Assembly: GCA_025963875.1 (NCBI GenBank) | Contig: JAOPZY010000189.1 | Coordinates: forward strand, 1 to 35,026 | DNA length: 35,026 nt | Source of the DNA: Actinomycetota bacterium | GTDB taxonomy: Bacteria; Actinomycetota; CADDZG01; JAHWKV01; JAOPZY01 | Reading direction: 5' to 3' | Shown: positions 20,834 through 29,603 of the stretch, piece by piece | How positions within the stretch are numbered: position 1 is the stretch's first letter | Layout of the letters: the number at the start of each line of letters is the position of its first letter | Notes under the pieces: generated by a model | What the model was told of the DNA's origin: nothing | Databases searched by the model: none | The model's input: only the letters and a program-made list of their open reading frames with translations | Program-made: the position numbers and the translations under genes

Positions 20834-21642
20834 CGCAGGCTTCCCCCGAGGCGCCCCTCAAGGCGCCGGGTAAAGGCCAGGAGGGCCCGGTCCGGCGGCG
20901 GCGCGTCGAAGCGGCCCCGGACGAAGAACTCCTGGTTCCCCTCGGCCCCGCGCAGGCGTGAGGCCACGACCCCGGCGGTGCCGACGCCCCGGTCCCACAG
21001 GGCATCGGCCACCTTCTGGACGGCCGCCGCCCACACCGCTGCGTCCTCGACGATGCCTCCGGCGCCGACGTCGTCTCTCGGGGCCTCGAACTGGGGCTTC
21101 ACCAAGAGGAGCAGGTCGCCGCCGGCGGCGGTCGCCGGAACGAGGCGGTCGAGGACCGCCACCAGCGAGATGAAGCTGAGGTCGGCGACGACCAGGTCGA
21201 ACGGCGGGCCGAGGACGGCAGGGTCCGCGGTCCGGAGGTTGAGCCGCTCCAGGAGGCGCACCCGCGGGTCGTTGCGCAGCGACCAGTCGAAGTCTCCGTA
21301 CCCGACGTCCACCGCCACGACCTCGGCGGCGCCGCGCTGCAGCAGGCAGTCGGTGAAGCCGCCGGCCCCGGCGCCGGCATCGAGGCAGCGCAGCCCCTGG
21401 GGGTCCATGCCGAAGTCGTCCAGCGCGCCGGCGAGCTTGACGCCGCCCCGGGTGACGAACGAGCGCGGCGGGTCGAGGACACGCACCCTGCTGGATCCTG
21501 CGACCATGCTCGAGGGCTGGAGAGCGGGGGCTCCGTCGACGAGGATGCGCTGCTCGGCGATGAGCCGCTGCGCCTCGTGCTCCCCCGACGCCAGACCCCG
21601 GTCCACAAGCTCGCGGTCGAGCCGGCGCCGGGGCTTCGGCAT
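20830..21642 (-). CDS. tlyA: TlyA rRNA 2'-O-methyltransferase
   Basis: S4 domain RRRLDRELV, FVTRGGVKL, LDAGAGAGGFTDCLL, DLSFISL, LVKPQFE, GAEGNQEF. Confidence 0.93.
   Translation of the reverse strand: MPKPRRRLDRELVDRGLASGEHEAQRLIAEQRILVDGAPALQPSSMVAGSSRVRVLDPPRSFVTRGGVKLAGALDDFGMDPQGLRCLDAGAGAGGFTDCLLQRGAAEVVAVDVGYGDFDWSLRNDPRVRLLERLNLRTADPAVLGPPFDLVVADLSFISLVAVLDRLVPATAAGGDLLLLVKPQFEAPRDDVGAGGIVEDAAVWAAAVQKVADALWDRGVGTAGVVASRLRGAEGNQEFFVRGRFDAPPPDRALLAFTRRLEGRLGGSLR
20847..20869 (+). repeat. 23-bp dispersed repeat, copy 2 (inside tlyA 3' end)
   Basis: CGAGGCGCCCCTCAAGGCGCCGG exact. Confidence 0.9.
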
Positions 21643-21821
21643 CAGTGGGCCGCCGGGCCGGTCCTCGTCGCCCTCTCGGTCGCCTCCGTCGCGTCGAGCT
21701 CAGCCTCGAGCCTGCGCACCGTCTCTGCGAGGACCCCTGCCCGTTCTTCCAGCGGAAGGGCGTTCAGCCGTTCCATCTCCGACCTGGCGTCGACGGCGGA
21801 TCCCTGGTCGTCCGTGGTCAT
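21642..21821 (-). CDS. Small helical hypothetical protein
   Basis: ATG 21821 overlaps the upstream stop and its stop overlaps the tlyA start; MTTDDQGSAVDARSEMERLNALPLEERAGVLAETVRRLEAELD. Confidence 0.6.
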   Translation of the reverse strand: MTTDDQGSAVDARSEMERLNALPLEERAGVLAETVRRLEAELDATEATERATRTGPAAH

Positions 21822-22315
21822 GACTCGTCGGGGGCCTTCGTCCCCGTCCCGGTGGGCTTGGCCCGGGCGCGGGTGGACCGGGGGGTGATCGCCTTGGACC
21901 GCGCCGTTGCGGCCTTGGGCCGGGGCCGGACCGGGTCGGTGCCGCCCTCCGGTGCGGGGGCGTCCCCGCCTACGTGCTGGGTTGATCCGGCGCCTTGAGG
22001 GGCGCCTCGCGCCGCAGACTCGAGCTCGGAGATCCGGCGCTTGAGCGCGTCCATCTCCTCCCTGGTCGCCAGGCCCATCTCCTTCAGGCGCTTGCGAACC
22101 TGGGCATCGAGCGCGCCCTTCGCCTTCTCGGCCTGCTGGCGGCCTTTCTGGATGAACTCCCATGCCAGGTGGGGGGCGTCCATCAGGTCGATGTTGGGCC
22201 GCTCGGCGATCTTGCGGACCGCTTCCTCGGTCCTGCGGAGGGGGGCGTCGACCACCTTCGAGGCCTTGCGCAGGGTGTCCCGGACCATGTCGTTCCTCGG
22301 TGCTCTGTCTCCCAT
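21818..22315 (-). CDS. Phasin-like/coiled-coil protein with basic low-complexity tail
   Basis: MGLATREEMDALKRRISELE motif; purine-rich RBS before ATG 22315; usual position upstream of tlyA. Confidence 0.6.
   Translation of the reverse strand: MGDRAPRNDMVRDTLRKASKVVDAPLRRTEEAVRKIAERPNIDLMDAPHLAWEFIQKGRQQAEKAKGALDAQVRKRLKEMGLATREEMDALKRRISELESAARGAPQGAGSTQHVGGDAPAPEGGTDPVRPRPKAATARSKAITPRSTRARAKPTGTGTKAPDES
21987..22009 (-). repeat. 23-bp dispersed repeat, copy 3 (inside phasin-like gene tail)
   Basis: Reverse complement, exact. Confidence 0.9.
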
Positions 22316-22369
22316 GTCATCCCCTGTCAGCGTGTTGGCGGGTCGGTGCCGGTCGCTATGCTCCCTTGG

Positions 22370-23185
22370 ATGATCCCCCCGACCTCCCTGATCCCAATCC
22401 ATGACGATAATCCCACAAGCGGCTTCCCGTCCGTCACCGTGGGGCTCATCGCCCTCAACGTCCTCGTCTTCCTCACCGAGCCGCACTTCGGAACGGGGGG
22501 CGGTCTCCAGGTTTCGGAGTACTTCTACCGCTGGGGCCTGGTGCCGTGGGAGATCACGCGTGGCCATCAGCTCAGCCTGACCGGCTGCCTCGCCGCCTGC
22601 TTCACCAACAAGAACGTCTACCTCGCATTCCTGACCTCGACGTTCATCCACGCCGGCCCCGTGCACCTTGCCGGCAACATGCTCTTCCTGTGGGTGTTCG
22701 GCAACAACATCGAGGACACGCTCGGGCGCGTGCGCTTCGTCGCCTTCTACCTGCTGTGCGGCCTGATTGCCGGCCTGGTCCACGTGGCCCTCAACGCCAA
22801 CTCGTTGTTTCCGACGGTCGGCGCCAGCGGGGCCATCGCCGGGGTGCTGGGCGCCTACCTGGTCCTGTTCCCGAGGGCCCGGGTCCTCACCCTCGCCTTC
22901 GTCGTCCTGGTGCCGCTGCCCGCGATGCTGGTGCTGAGCTTGTGGTTCCTGCTGCAGCTCTTCACCGGCGCCTCCCAGCAGATCGGGGGCGGCGGCGTCG
23001 CCTGGGGGGCGCACGTGGGGGGCTTCGTCGCAGGGGCGATCCTCGTGGTGCTGTTCGGGGGCAGGAGCCGGGCACGAGAGCGCCGGCTGCCGCCACCCCC
23101 GCCGCCGATCACGCCGCTACCGCCCGGCCCCGAGGCGCCCCTCAAGGCGCCGGACGAAGGCTTCTGGGGGCCGTTCGGCCCGTGA
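22370..23185 (+). CDS. Rhomboid-family intramembrane serine protease
   Basis: IPIHDDNP, FIHAGPVHLAGNMLFLWVFGNNIED, VGASGAIAGV, AHVGGF. Confidence 0.93.
   Translation: MIPPTSLIPIHDDNPTSGFPSVTVGLIALNVLVFLTEPHFGTGGGLQVSEYFYRWGLVPWEITRGHQLSLTGCLAACFTNKNVYLAFLTSTFIHAGPVHLAGNMLFLWVFGNNIEDTLGRVRFVAFYLLCGLIAGLVHVALNANSLFPTVGASGAIAGVLGAYLVLFPRARVLTLAFVVLVPLPAMLVLSLWFLLQLFTGASQQIGGGGVAWGAHVGGFVAGAILVVLFGGRSRARERRLPPPPPPITPLPPGPEAPLKAPDEGFWGPFGP
23131..23153 (+). repeat. 23-bp dispersed repeat, copy 4 (inside rhomboid 3' tail)
   Basis: CGAGGCGCCCCTCAAGGCGCCGG exact. Confidence 0.9.
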
Positions 23186-23247
23186 AGGCAGGCCCCGGCC
23201 CGGACAGGAGCGGGAGCAGGCGCCGGTTCGTGAGAATCCGCTCCATC

Positions 23248-23706
23248 ATGTCGAAGTCGGCCGGCTGGGGTGCCGGCGGCGTGCTCGCCGGCCTGGGGGT
23301 CGCGACCGTCTACGCCGGGCACCCGGCCCAGACGCTGGGGTCGTTCGCGGCGATCACCCTGGGCGAGGGACTCTGGATCGGTGCGATCGGCATCGGGGCG
23401 CGCGTCAAGGAGCTGCGGGCGGCATTGCCGGGCCCGCGCGAAGCCCGGTACCTGCGGGCGTCGTGGTTCGGCTCCCCCGTCGTCCCCCTCGTGCTGGCCG
23501 CCACGGCCCTGGCAGCGATTGCGGCCGTCCGGCACCAGGCGCTGCTTGCCGGCGCCTGCGCGGGAGTGAGCGGCGGGTTCGCGCTGACCTTTGCCCTGCT
23601 CGCCAGGCTCTACGACGTGGCTGAGCACCGGGACGCCCGGCGCTACTGGGCCCCGGGCCGGGGCCTCGGGGGACCCGTCTACTTCACGAACGTTCGCCGT
23701 TCCTGA
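23248..23706 (+). CDS. Hypothetical membrane protein
   Basis: About four hydrophobic segments; fills the gap between rhomboid and HAD genes. Confidence 0.55.
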   Translation: MSKSAGWGAGGVLAGLGVATVYAGHPAQTLGSFAAITLGEGLWIGAIGIGARVKELRAALPGPREARYLRASWFGSPVVPLVLAATALAAIAAVRHQALLAGACAGVSGGFALTFALLARLYDVAEHRDARRYWAPGRGLGGPVYFTNVRRS

Positions 23707-23745
23707 GGTCGGTCGTCTTTCGCGCGCATGTGCGCGATCTGCTCC

Positions 23746-24540
23746 TTACCTCGGCGCCCGGGGCGCAGTCAGGTCCGCCAGCGTCGTGAGGACGTAGTCG
23801 GGGGCCGGGTCGAGCGGGTCGCCCGGCCTGGTCACGCCGGTCAGGACCAGGGCTGCGTCCCAGCCGATCCTTCGCGCCCCGGCGACGTCGGAGTCGCAGC
23901 GGTCCCCGATCATCAGCACGCCGGTCGTGCCCAGGCGGTCGGCGGCTGCCTGCATCATCGGTAGCTCGGGTTTGCCGAGGGCGATGGCCCTGCGGCTGCC
24001 CGCCGCCTCGACCGCAGCCAGGATCGAACCCGTCCCCGGCTCGAACCCCCCGGGGATCGGCATGACGTTGTCGCGGTTCGACGCGGCGAACACGGCCCCG
24101 TCCCGGACGGCGTCGGAGGCGGCCGTCAGGCGGTCGTAGGTCAGGTCGACGTCCCGGGCGACGAGGACGACGCCCACCTTGGTCCCGCGCTCCACCGGCA
24201 CGACGTCCAGGAGGTCGGCGACGCCATCGACGACCGACTTCACCCCGAGCACGAACGCCCGCTTGCCCACCAGGCCCTCCCGCTGGATCCAGGACCTTGT
24301 GGCCGCCGCCGAGGTGAGCACCTCGTCCTCGGTGATCTTGATACCGCCCTCCGCCAGGCGGGACACGATCCACGCCGGGACGTACGAGGCGTTGTTGGTC
24401 AGGAAGAGGAGCGGCTTGCCGGCGTCCCGGACCGCCTGGATGGCCGCGGGGGCCTCAGGGATGATCTGGTGCGCGAGCCAGATGACGCCGTCGAGGTCGA
24501 AGGCGAAGGCGTCGTAGCGCTCGAGGAGCGATGGATCCAA
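23746..24540 (-). CDS. HAD-IIA family hydrolase (NagD-like)
   Basis: FDLDGV, LTNN, LGKP, MIGDRCDSDVAGA, VLTGV. Confidence 0.92.
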   Translation of the reverse strand: MDPSLLERYDAFAFDLDGVIWLAHQIIPEAPAAIQAVRDAGKPLLFLTNNASYVPAWIVSRLAEGGIKITEDEVLTSAAATRSWIQREGLVGKRAFVLGVKSVVDGVADLLDVVPVERGTKVGVVLVARDVDLTYDRLTAASDAVRDGAVFAASNRDNVMPIPGGFEPGTGSILAAVEAAGSRRAIALGKPELPMMQAAADRLGTTGVLMIGDRCDSDVAGARRIGWDAALVLTGVTRPGDPLDPAPDYVLTTLADLTAPRAPR

Positions 24541-24549
24541 GCGCCCGCG

Positions 24550-24909
24550 CTACCCGGCCAGGCGCGCGAGCGCGTGCTGGTAATCCTCCGAATCCGGTCG
24601 CATCGCCACGGCGATCTTCAGGTGGCCCAGCGCCCGCTTGCGGTTGCCCGCCGCGGCATGGCAGAGGCCGAGGCCGAAATGGGCGTAGTCGTTGGAGGGG
24701 TCCAGTTCGACCACCCGTGCGAACTCCTCGCCGGCCCGGGCCTTCTGCCCGCTCAGGTACAGGGCACGGGCGAGGTCCTCGCGGATCGATGTCTTCTCCG
24801 GCTCCAGCAGGCTGGCCCGCTCGAGGACCGTGGCGGCCTGGTGGTGGTGGCCCCGGCCGAGCAGGTCACGGCCCCGGAGCAGCATGGCGTAAACGTCGTG
24901 TTGGTCCAT
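24550..24909 (-). CDS. Tetratricopeptide repeat protein
   Basis: TPR pattern: LEPEKTSIREDLARALY, DPSNDYAHFGLGLC. Confidence 0.85.
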   Translation of the reverse strand: MDQHDVYAMLLRGRDLLGRGHHHQAATVLERASLLEPEKTSIREDLARALYLSGQKARAGEEFARVVELDPSNDYAHFGLGLCHAAAGNRKRALGHLKIAVAMRPDSEDYQHALARLAG

Positions 24910-24973
24910 CGTCCACCTCCAAGGCGCCCTGAGGGCGCCGAATCAATGGGCGCGTCGTGATATACAGCCGGGC

Positions 24974-26134
24974 GTGGCAACTCTCGAGCCCTTCCGGGCG
25001 CTTTTGTATGCCCCCAGCATAGACCCTGCCCTGGTCACCTCTCCCCCGTACGACGTGATTTCCGCGGCGGAGCGCAAGCGCCTGGAGGGCCTGCATCCGT
25101 ACAACATCATCTCGATTATCCTCGGCGCCGAACTGCCCGGCGACGAGCCCGGCGCCGACAAGTACGCCCGGTCGGCCGCCCACCTGCGGGACTGGATCGC
25201 CGCCGGGGTCCTCGAGCCGGACGACCGGCCGCACCTGTTCGCCTACCGGATGGACTACGAGATCGAAGGGGTGCCGGGGTCGTCGGGCGGCGTGATCGGG
25301 GCACTCGACCTCGAGCCGGTGGGGTCCGGCGGGATCCATCCCCACGAGCGCACCATGCCGAAGCCTCGCAGCGACCGGCTGGAGCTGATGCGGACGACCC
25401 AGGCGAACCTCGAACCCATCTGGCTCGTCGGGGGGCCGGGCGTGGTCGGGCCGGCGGTGGGGGCGGCCTCGCAGCTCGCCCCGCTCATCGACTTCGTGGA
25501 CCCGGCCGGGGTGCGCCACCGCCTGTGGCGGCTCGATGACGCCTCGGCGAAGTCGGTGACGGAGGGCCTCAACTCCCCCCTGGTCATCGCCGACGGGCAC
25601 CACCGCTACGCTGCCGCGGTCACCTACCGCGACGAGATGCGTGCGTCGCACGGCAGCGGTCCCTGGGACCGGACGATGGCCCTCATCTCCGATCCCGCCG
25701 AGGCACCGCCGGCGCTGCTGGCGATCCACCGCCTGACAGACCTCCCGGTCTCCGATTTCTCGGAGGGGGAGTCCCTCGAGCCGTATGCCGGGGACCTGGC
25801 CTCGCTCGTGCGCCACCTGGAGACCGTGGGGCCGGGCACGGTGGGGGTGGCCGACTCGTCGGGGCGCTGGACGATGCCGGCGCGGGGGCCGCTCGACACG
25901 GCCTGGCTTGCGGGTGTCCTGGATGCGGCCGGGGCGGCGGTGTCCTACGAGCACGACCTCGAGGAGGTGGCGGCCGGCGTGGCAGGGGGCAACGTGGCGT
26001 TCCTCCTGGCGCCGATCCCCATCCAGGAGGTCGTGGACTCGGCGCTGGCGGGCCGGGTCATGCCGCCGAAGAGCACCCTGTTCTGGCCCAAGCCACGGAC
26101 GGGCCTGCTGCTCCGGGACCAGCGGCTCGGCTAG
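24974..26134 (+). CDS. DUF1015 family protein
   Basis: PFRAL, SPPYDVI, HPHERT, IADGHHRY, MPPKSTLFWPKPRTGL. Confidence 0.88.
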   Translation: MATLEPFRALLYAPSIDPALVTSPPYDVISAAERKRLEGLHPYNIISIILGAELPGDEPGADKYARSAAHLRDWIAAGVLEPDDRPHLFAYRMDYEIEGVPGSSGGVIGALDLEPVGSGGIHPHERTMPKPRSDRLELMRTTQANLEPIWLVGGPGVVGPAVGAASQLAPLIDFVDPAGVRHRLWRLDDASAKSVTEGLNSPLVIADGHHRYAAAVTYRDEMRASHGSGPWDRTMALISDPAEAPPALLAIHRLTDLPVSDFSEGESLEPYAGDLASLVRHLETVGPGTVGVADSSGRWTMPARGPLDTAWLAGVLDAAGAAVSYEHDLEEVAAGVAGGNVAFLLAPIPIQEVVDSALAGRVMPPKSTLFWPKPRTGLLLRDQRLG

Positions 26135-26880
26135 GCGAACTCGTCCGCCGACGAGCCGACGATGAGGTCTTCGGTGAGGAGGGCGAGGCCCCAGGCGTCC
26201 GGCGGATTCTTTGTCTCGGCCCGGTTCGCCGGGGCTCGGTCCGCTCGGTCCAGGAGGTCGACCAGTGGCTCGATCTCGCCGCCCAGCTCCCAGGTTCCGT
26301 CGAGGTCCTCCCGGTCGTCCGCCGCCGCGACCGCCGCCGCCCAGGCGTCGATGCCGAGGACAGAGACGCAGACGCCCTCCGGGAGGTCGACGCCGTGGTG
26401 CCGCACGGCGGAGATGAGGGCGGGCAGCGGGCGCTCGTCGCCCCACAGGTAGCCCGTCCGCAGCCGGCACAGGGGATGGACGCCGGCGTCGAAGGCCTTT
26501 TCCACTTCGGCGAAGATCGCCGTGACCGGGTGGATGCCGGGCAGCACCGGGATCGGCAGGATGGTCTGGGCGATACCGGCCCCGGCGGCCGCCTCCGCAG
26601 AGGCCAGGCCCATGTCCCGGAGCTGGCCGATGTCCTCGGGGGTGCGGATGTCGAACGGGTCGGTGAGCACCGGCACGAAGGTGTGCACGTTGGTGAGGGC
26701 GGCTTCGAGGTTGTAGGCGTCGTCGAGGGCGCCGACGGCGATCTTGCAGCCGAGATGCCGAAGCTCGTGGTCGTCGGTGTCGAGGTAGCAACGGACCTCT
26801 CCGCCGTCGGAGCGCAGCAGGCGGGCGAGGGGCCGGACCAGGTCAAGGTCGGCGGATCGTGCGGCGATGAGGACGGGCAC
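26131..26880 (-). CDS. Divergent NAD(P)-binding Rossmann-like (atypical SDR/NmrA-like) protein
   Basis: Overall pattern VLI...EVRC...AVGALDD...LEAALTNVHT...GTWELGGE; glycine-rich motif degenerate. Confidence 0.5.
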   Translation of the reverse strand: MPVLIAARSADLDLVRPLARLLRSDGGEVRCYLDTDDHELRHLGCKIAVGALDDAYNLEAALTNVHTFVPVLTDPFDIRTPEDIGQLRDMGLASAEAAAGAGIAQTILPIPVLPGIHPVTAIFAEVEKAFDAGVHPLCRLRTGYLWGDERPLPALISAVRHHGVDLPEGVCVSVLGIDAWAAAVAAADDREDLDGTWELGGEIEPLVDLLDRADRAPANRAETKNPPDAWGLALLTEDLIVGSSADEFA

Positions 26881-26884
26881 CGGA

Positions 26885-27781
26885 CTACACCAGGACGCTC
26901 AGGGTATGGGGGGCGGGACGGACGTGAACCTTGCTGACGGGCTCCAGCGTCTCGCCGTCGACGTGGTAGGCGACCGGCTCGTCACCACTCACGGTGAACT
27001 CGTCGAGGTCGGCGAGGGAGACGGCGCCCGGGCCGAACCTGCCCGTGAGGGCACCGAAGGCGTAGCGGGGGAGGTGGACGAAGCTCAGCCGGCGCACCAT
27101 GAACAGGCCGAGCCCGCCGTCGGGTGGGCCATTGGGGGCAAGGCGGAGCGGGCGGCCGGCGAGGTAGGCGTAGGCGTTGCCGACCAGGCCCACGGCGAGC
27201 ACGACCTCTTCGGTGCCGAACTCCCCTTCGCAGGTCAGGAACGGCTTCTTGAGGGCATAGGAAGCCGCGAAGGTGGCGAGGGCCGCGGCATAGAAGTAGG
27301 GCTCCCCGTAGCGGCGCTTGGCCGAGCGATGGTCCTCGACCCGGGCGGCGGCCTCGGCGTCGAAGCCACACCCGCAGGCGAACGTGAAGTAGCGGTCGTT
27401 GGCCAGGCCGAGGCTCATCCTGCGAGGGTCGGTGTCGCCGGCGATCCTGAGGATGTGGTCGGCGGCCTCGGTGGGGTTGGTGGGGATGCCGAGGTTGCGG
27501 GCAAAGACGTTCATGGTGCCGCCGGGGATGATCGCCAGGGTGGCGTCGCTGCCGGCCATGCCGTTGACCACCTCGTTGACCAGGCCATCGCCGCCGAAGG
27601 CGATCAGCAGCTCGGCCCCGCTGTCGACGGCGCGCCGGGCGACCCCGACTCCGACGTCCCGGGCGTGGGTCTCGGTCACCCCGAGCTTGAAGCGGGCCTC
27701 GAGGGCCGTCGTCATCAGGTGCTGGAGCGCCGGGGTCACCCCGCGCGCCTCCGGATTCATGATCAGGTGGGCCCGGAGCAT
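26885..27781 (-). CDS. Diacylglycerol/lipid kinase family protein
   Basis: IMNPEA, FGGDGLVNEVVNG, IPGGTMNVFARNLG, GCGFDA, HVDGE. Confidence 0.9.
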   Translation of the reverse strand: MLRAHLIMNPEARGVTPALQHLMTTALEARFKLGVTETHARDVGVGVARRAVDSGAELLIAFGGDGLVNEVVNGMAGSDATLAIIPGGTMNVFARNLGIPTNPTEAADHILRIAGDTDPRRMSLGLANDRYFTFACGCGFDAEAAARVEDHRSAKRRYGEPYFYAAALATFAASYALKKPFLTCEGEFGTEEVVLAVGLVGNAYAYLAGRPLRLAPNGPPDGGLGLFMVRRLSFVHLPRYAFGALTGRFGPGAVSLADLDEFTVSGDEPVAYHVDGETLEPVSKVHVRPAPHTLSVLV

Positions 27782-27852
27782 TTCGGGGCCCAGGCTAGCA
27801 GTTGGCCCCGCGCTGGGGTCGCCTCAAGGTCGGGTCGCTATCATCGGCTTTC

Positions 27853-28767
27853 GTGAGCCAATCTGGGGATGTCGTCACCATCGACTCTGTCATGCACGGG
27901 GCCGAGGGCGTCACAGCCGTGTACTTCCTGCCGGGGCCGCGGCCGGCCATCATCGAGACCGCGCCGGCTACTTCACTCACGCGTGTGCTCGCCGGCCTGT
28001 CGGCGGCGGGCGTCAGCGACCTGGACTGGATCGTGCTGACCCACATCCACCTCGACCACGCCGGTGCGGCGGGGCACCTGGCGCAGCGCTTTCCCCGGGC
28101 CCGGGTGGTCGTCCGGGCGGAGGGAGCGCCGCATCTGGTCGACCCGTCCCGGCTGTGGGCGTCGGCCGCTCGGCTGTACCCGGACATGGACGGGCTGTGG
28201 GGCAGCATGCTCCCCGTGCCCCCGGACCGTATTGACGTGGTCTCCTCGGACGGCGTCGTCGCCGACCTCGGCGACGGCCGGCGGCTCGAGGCGGTCTACA
28301 CGCCCGGCCACGCCCGCCATCACATGGCGCTCTTCGAGCCCGGCTCGGGAGACCTCTTCACCGGCGACGCCGCGGGCGTGTTCCTCGAGGAGGTGGGGGC
28401 GGTCCACCCAGCGACACCGCCGCCGGAGTTCGACCTCGAGGCGAGCCTGGAGTCCCTGCGGCGGATGCAGGCGCTGGGGGCCAAGCGGGCGTTTCCCACC
28501 CACTTCGGCCTGTCCGCCCTGGAGCCGGACCAGCTCTTCGACGAGGCGGCCGCCTCGCTGCGCCGGGCGGTCGCACTCGCCGAGGAGGTCGTGGTCGCCG
28601 GTGGCGGGGTTCCGGAGATCGGCGGGAGGCTGCGGGAGGAAGAGCTGGCGGCACTCCCCCGGCTGTTGGAGGACACCGCGCTCGCCGATCGCCTCGGCCA
28701 GACGACGTCGTACGAGTTGAACGCGTCGGGGATCGCCCGTTACCTGAGCAAGCGGAAGGCCGGATAG
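27853..28767 (+). CDS. MBL-fold metallo-hydrolase
   Basis: THIHLDHAG, TPGHARHH, FTGDAAG, PTHFG; GTG 27853. Confidence 0.9.
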   Translation: MSQSGDVVTIDSVMHGAEGVTAVYFLPGPRPAIIETAPATSLTRVLAGLSAAGVSDLDWIVLTHIHLDHAGAAGHLAQRFPRARVVVRAEGAPHLVDPSRLWASAARLYPDMDGLWGSMLPVPPDRIDVVSSDGVVADLGDGRRLEAVYTPGHARHHMALFEPGSGDLFTGDAAGVFLEEVGAVHPATPPPEFDLEASLESLRRMQALGAKRAFPTHFGLSALEPDQLFDEAAASLRRAVALAEEVVVAGGGVPEIGGRLREEELAALPRLLEDTALADRLGQTTSYELNASGIARYLSKRKAG

Positions 28768-28788
28768 CTCTCTGGGTTCGTCGGACGC

Positions 28789-28822
28789 GACACGAGGCTG
28801 GCAGCGATGCCGGCCTCGTGTC
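28789..28822. terminator. Hairpin between the convergent MBL gene and 5S rRNA, probable terminator
   Basis: GACACGAGGCTGGCA-GCGA-TGCCGGCCTCGTGTC, 15-bp stem with one G.U; no clear U-tract. Confidence 0.6.
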
Positions 28823-28828
28823 CAAAGG

Positions 28829-28948
28829 TGCCCGGCGGCGACCTACTCTCCCACTCCGTCTCCAGAGCAGTACCATCGGCGGTAGAGGGCTTAACTTCCG
28901 GGTTCGGAATGGAACCGGGTGTTTCCCCTCTCCTATGGCCACCGGAAC
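28829..28948 (-). rRNA. rrf: 5S ribosomal RNA
   Basis: Reverse complement contains ACACCCGGTTCCATTCCGAACCCGGAAGTTAAGCC and GGGAGAGTAGGTCGCCGCCGG. Confidence 0.97.
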
Positions 28949-28991
28949 ATATTGAGTTTTCAAGCCCGCGGCCCCATGGGGGGCCGCCTGG

Positions 28992-29023
28992 CCTTGAGTA
29001 CTCCATAGCGAGCGCGAGCTATC
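28992..29023 (-). other. 3' arm of the 23S processing stalk (pairs with 34781-34811)
   Basis: CCTTGAGTACTCCATAGCGAGCGCGAGCTATC is a near-perfect inverted copy of GATGCTCGCGCTCGCTATGCAGTTCTCAAGG in the ITS. Confidence 0.8.
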
Positions 29024-29317
29024 GATCAAGCCCTCGGACGATTAGTACGGGTCGGCTGAACGCATTGCTGCGCTTACACCTCCCGCCTATCGACCCAGTC
29101 GTCTGCTGGGGTCCTTACCGGGTGTTACCCGTGGGAGCCCTCATCTTGGAGTGGGCTTCGCACTTAGATGCTTTCAGCGCTTATCCCTTCCGAACGTGGC
29201 CAATGAGCAGTGCCCTTGGCAGGACAACTCACACACCAGAGGTTCGTCCGTCCCGGTCCTCTCGTACTAGGGACAGCTCTCCTCAAGGCTCCTGCGCGCA
29301 TGGAGGATAGGGACCGA

Positions 29318-29592
29318 CACGATTGTTACCGCCCTCCGGCACCGTCGCCGACGGGGGGCCAGATCATTTCTGCCTGGCTCTGCATGTCGCCATGCAGGTC
29401 GGACCATATCTTCACCACCTTTGCGGGTGGTGTTCGGCATATGGTCTCTGAGGATTCCGGGCCCCGTAGAGCCCGGCCTTTCCTGCTGATTTTCCGCACC
29501 GCTCGGATTGTCACTGACCTAGTGGGGTCAGTACCTGCGGATACTCGGACGTTCCAGCATATAGCCGAATTTATAGACAGCGCGGTCAACTC
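29318..29592 (-). mobile_element. Group I intron L2604 (275 nt, ORF-less)
   Basis: Between GAGACAGU and UCGGUCCC; ends in G; IGS GACCG-C-GCUGUCU pairs with 5' exon AGACAGU (U.G at splice site) and 3' exon CGGUC; core UGCUGG/AAUCAGCAG, CAGAGACCA/GAUAUGGUC. Confidence 0.93.
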
Positions 29593-29603
29593 ACTGTCTC
29601 GCG

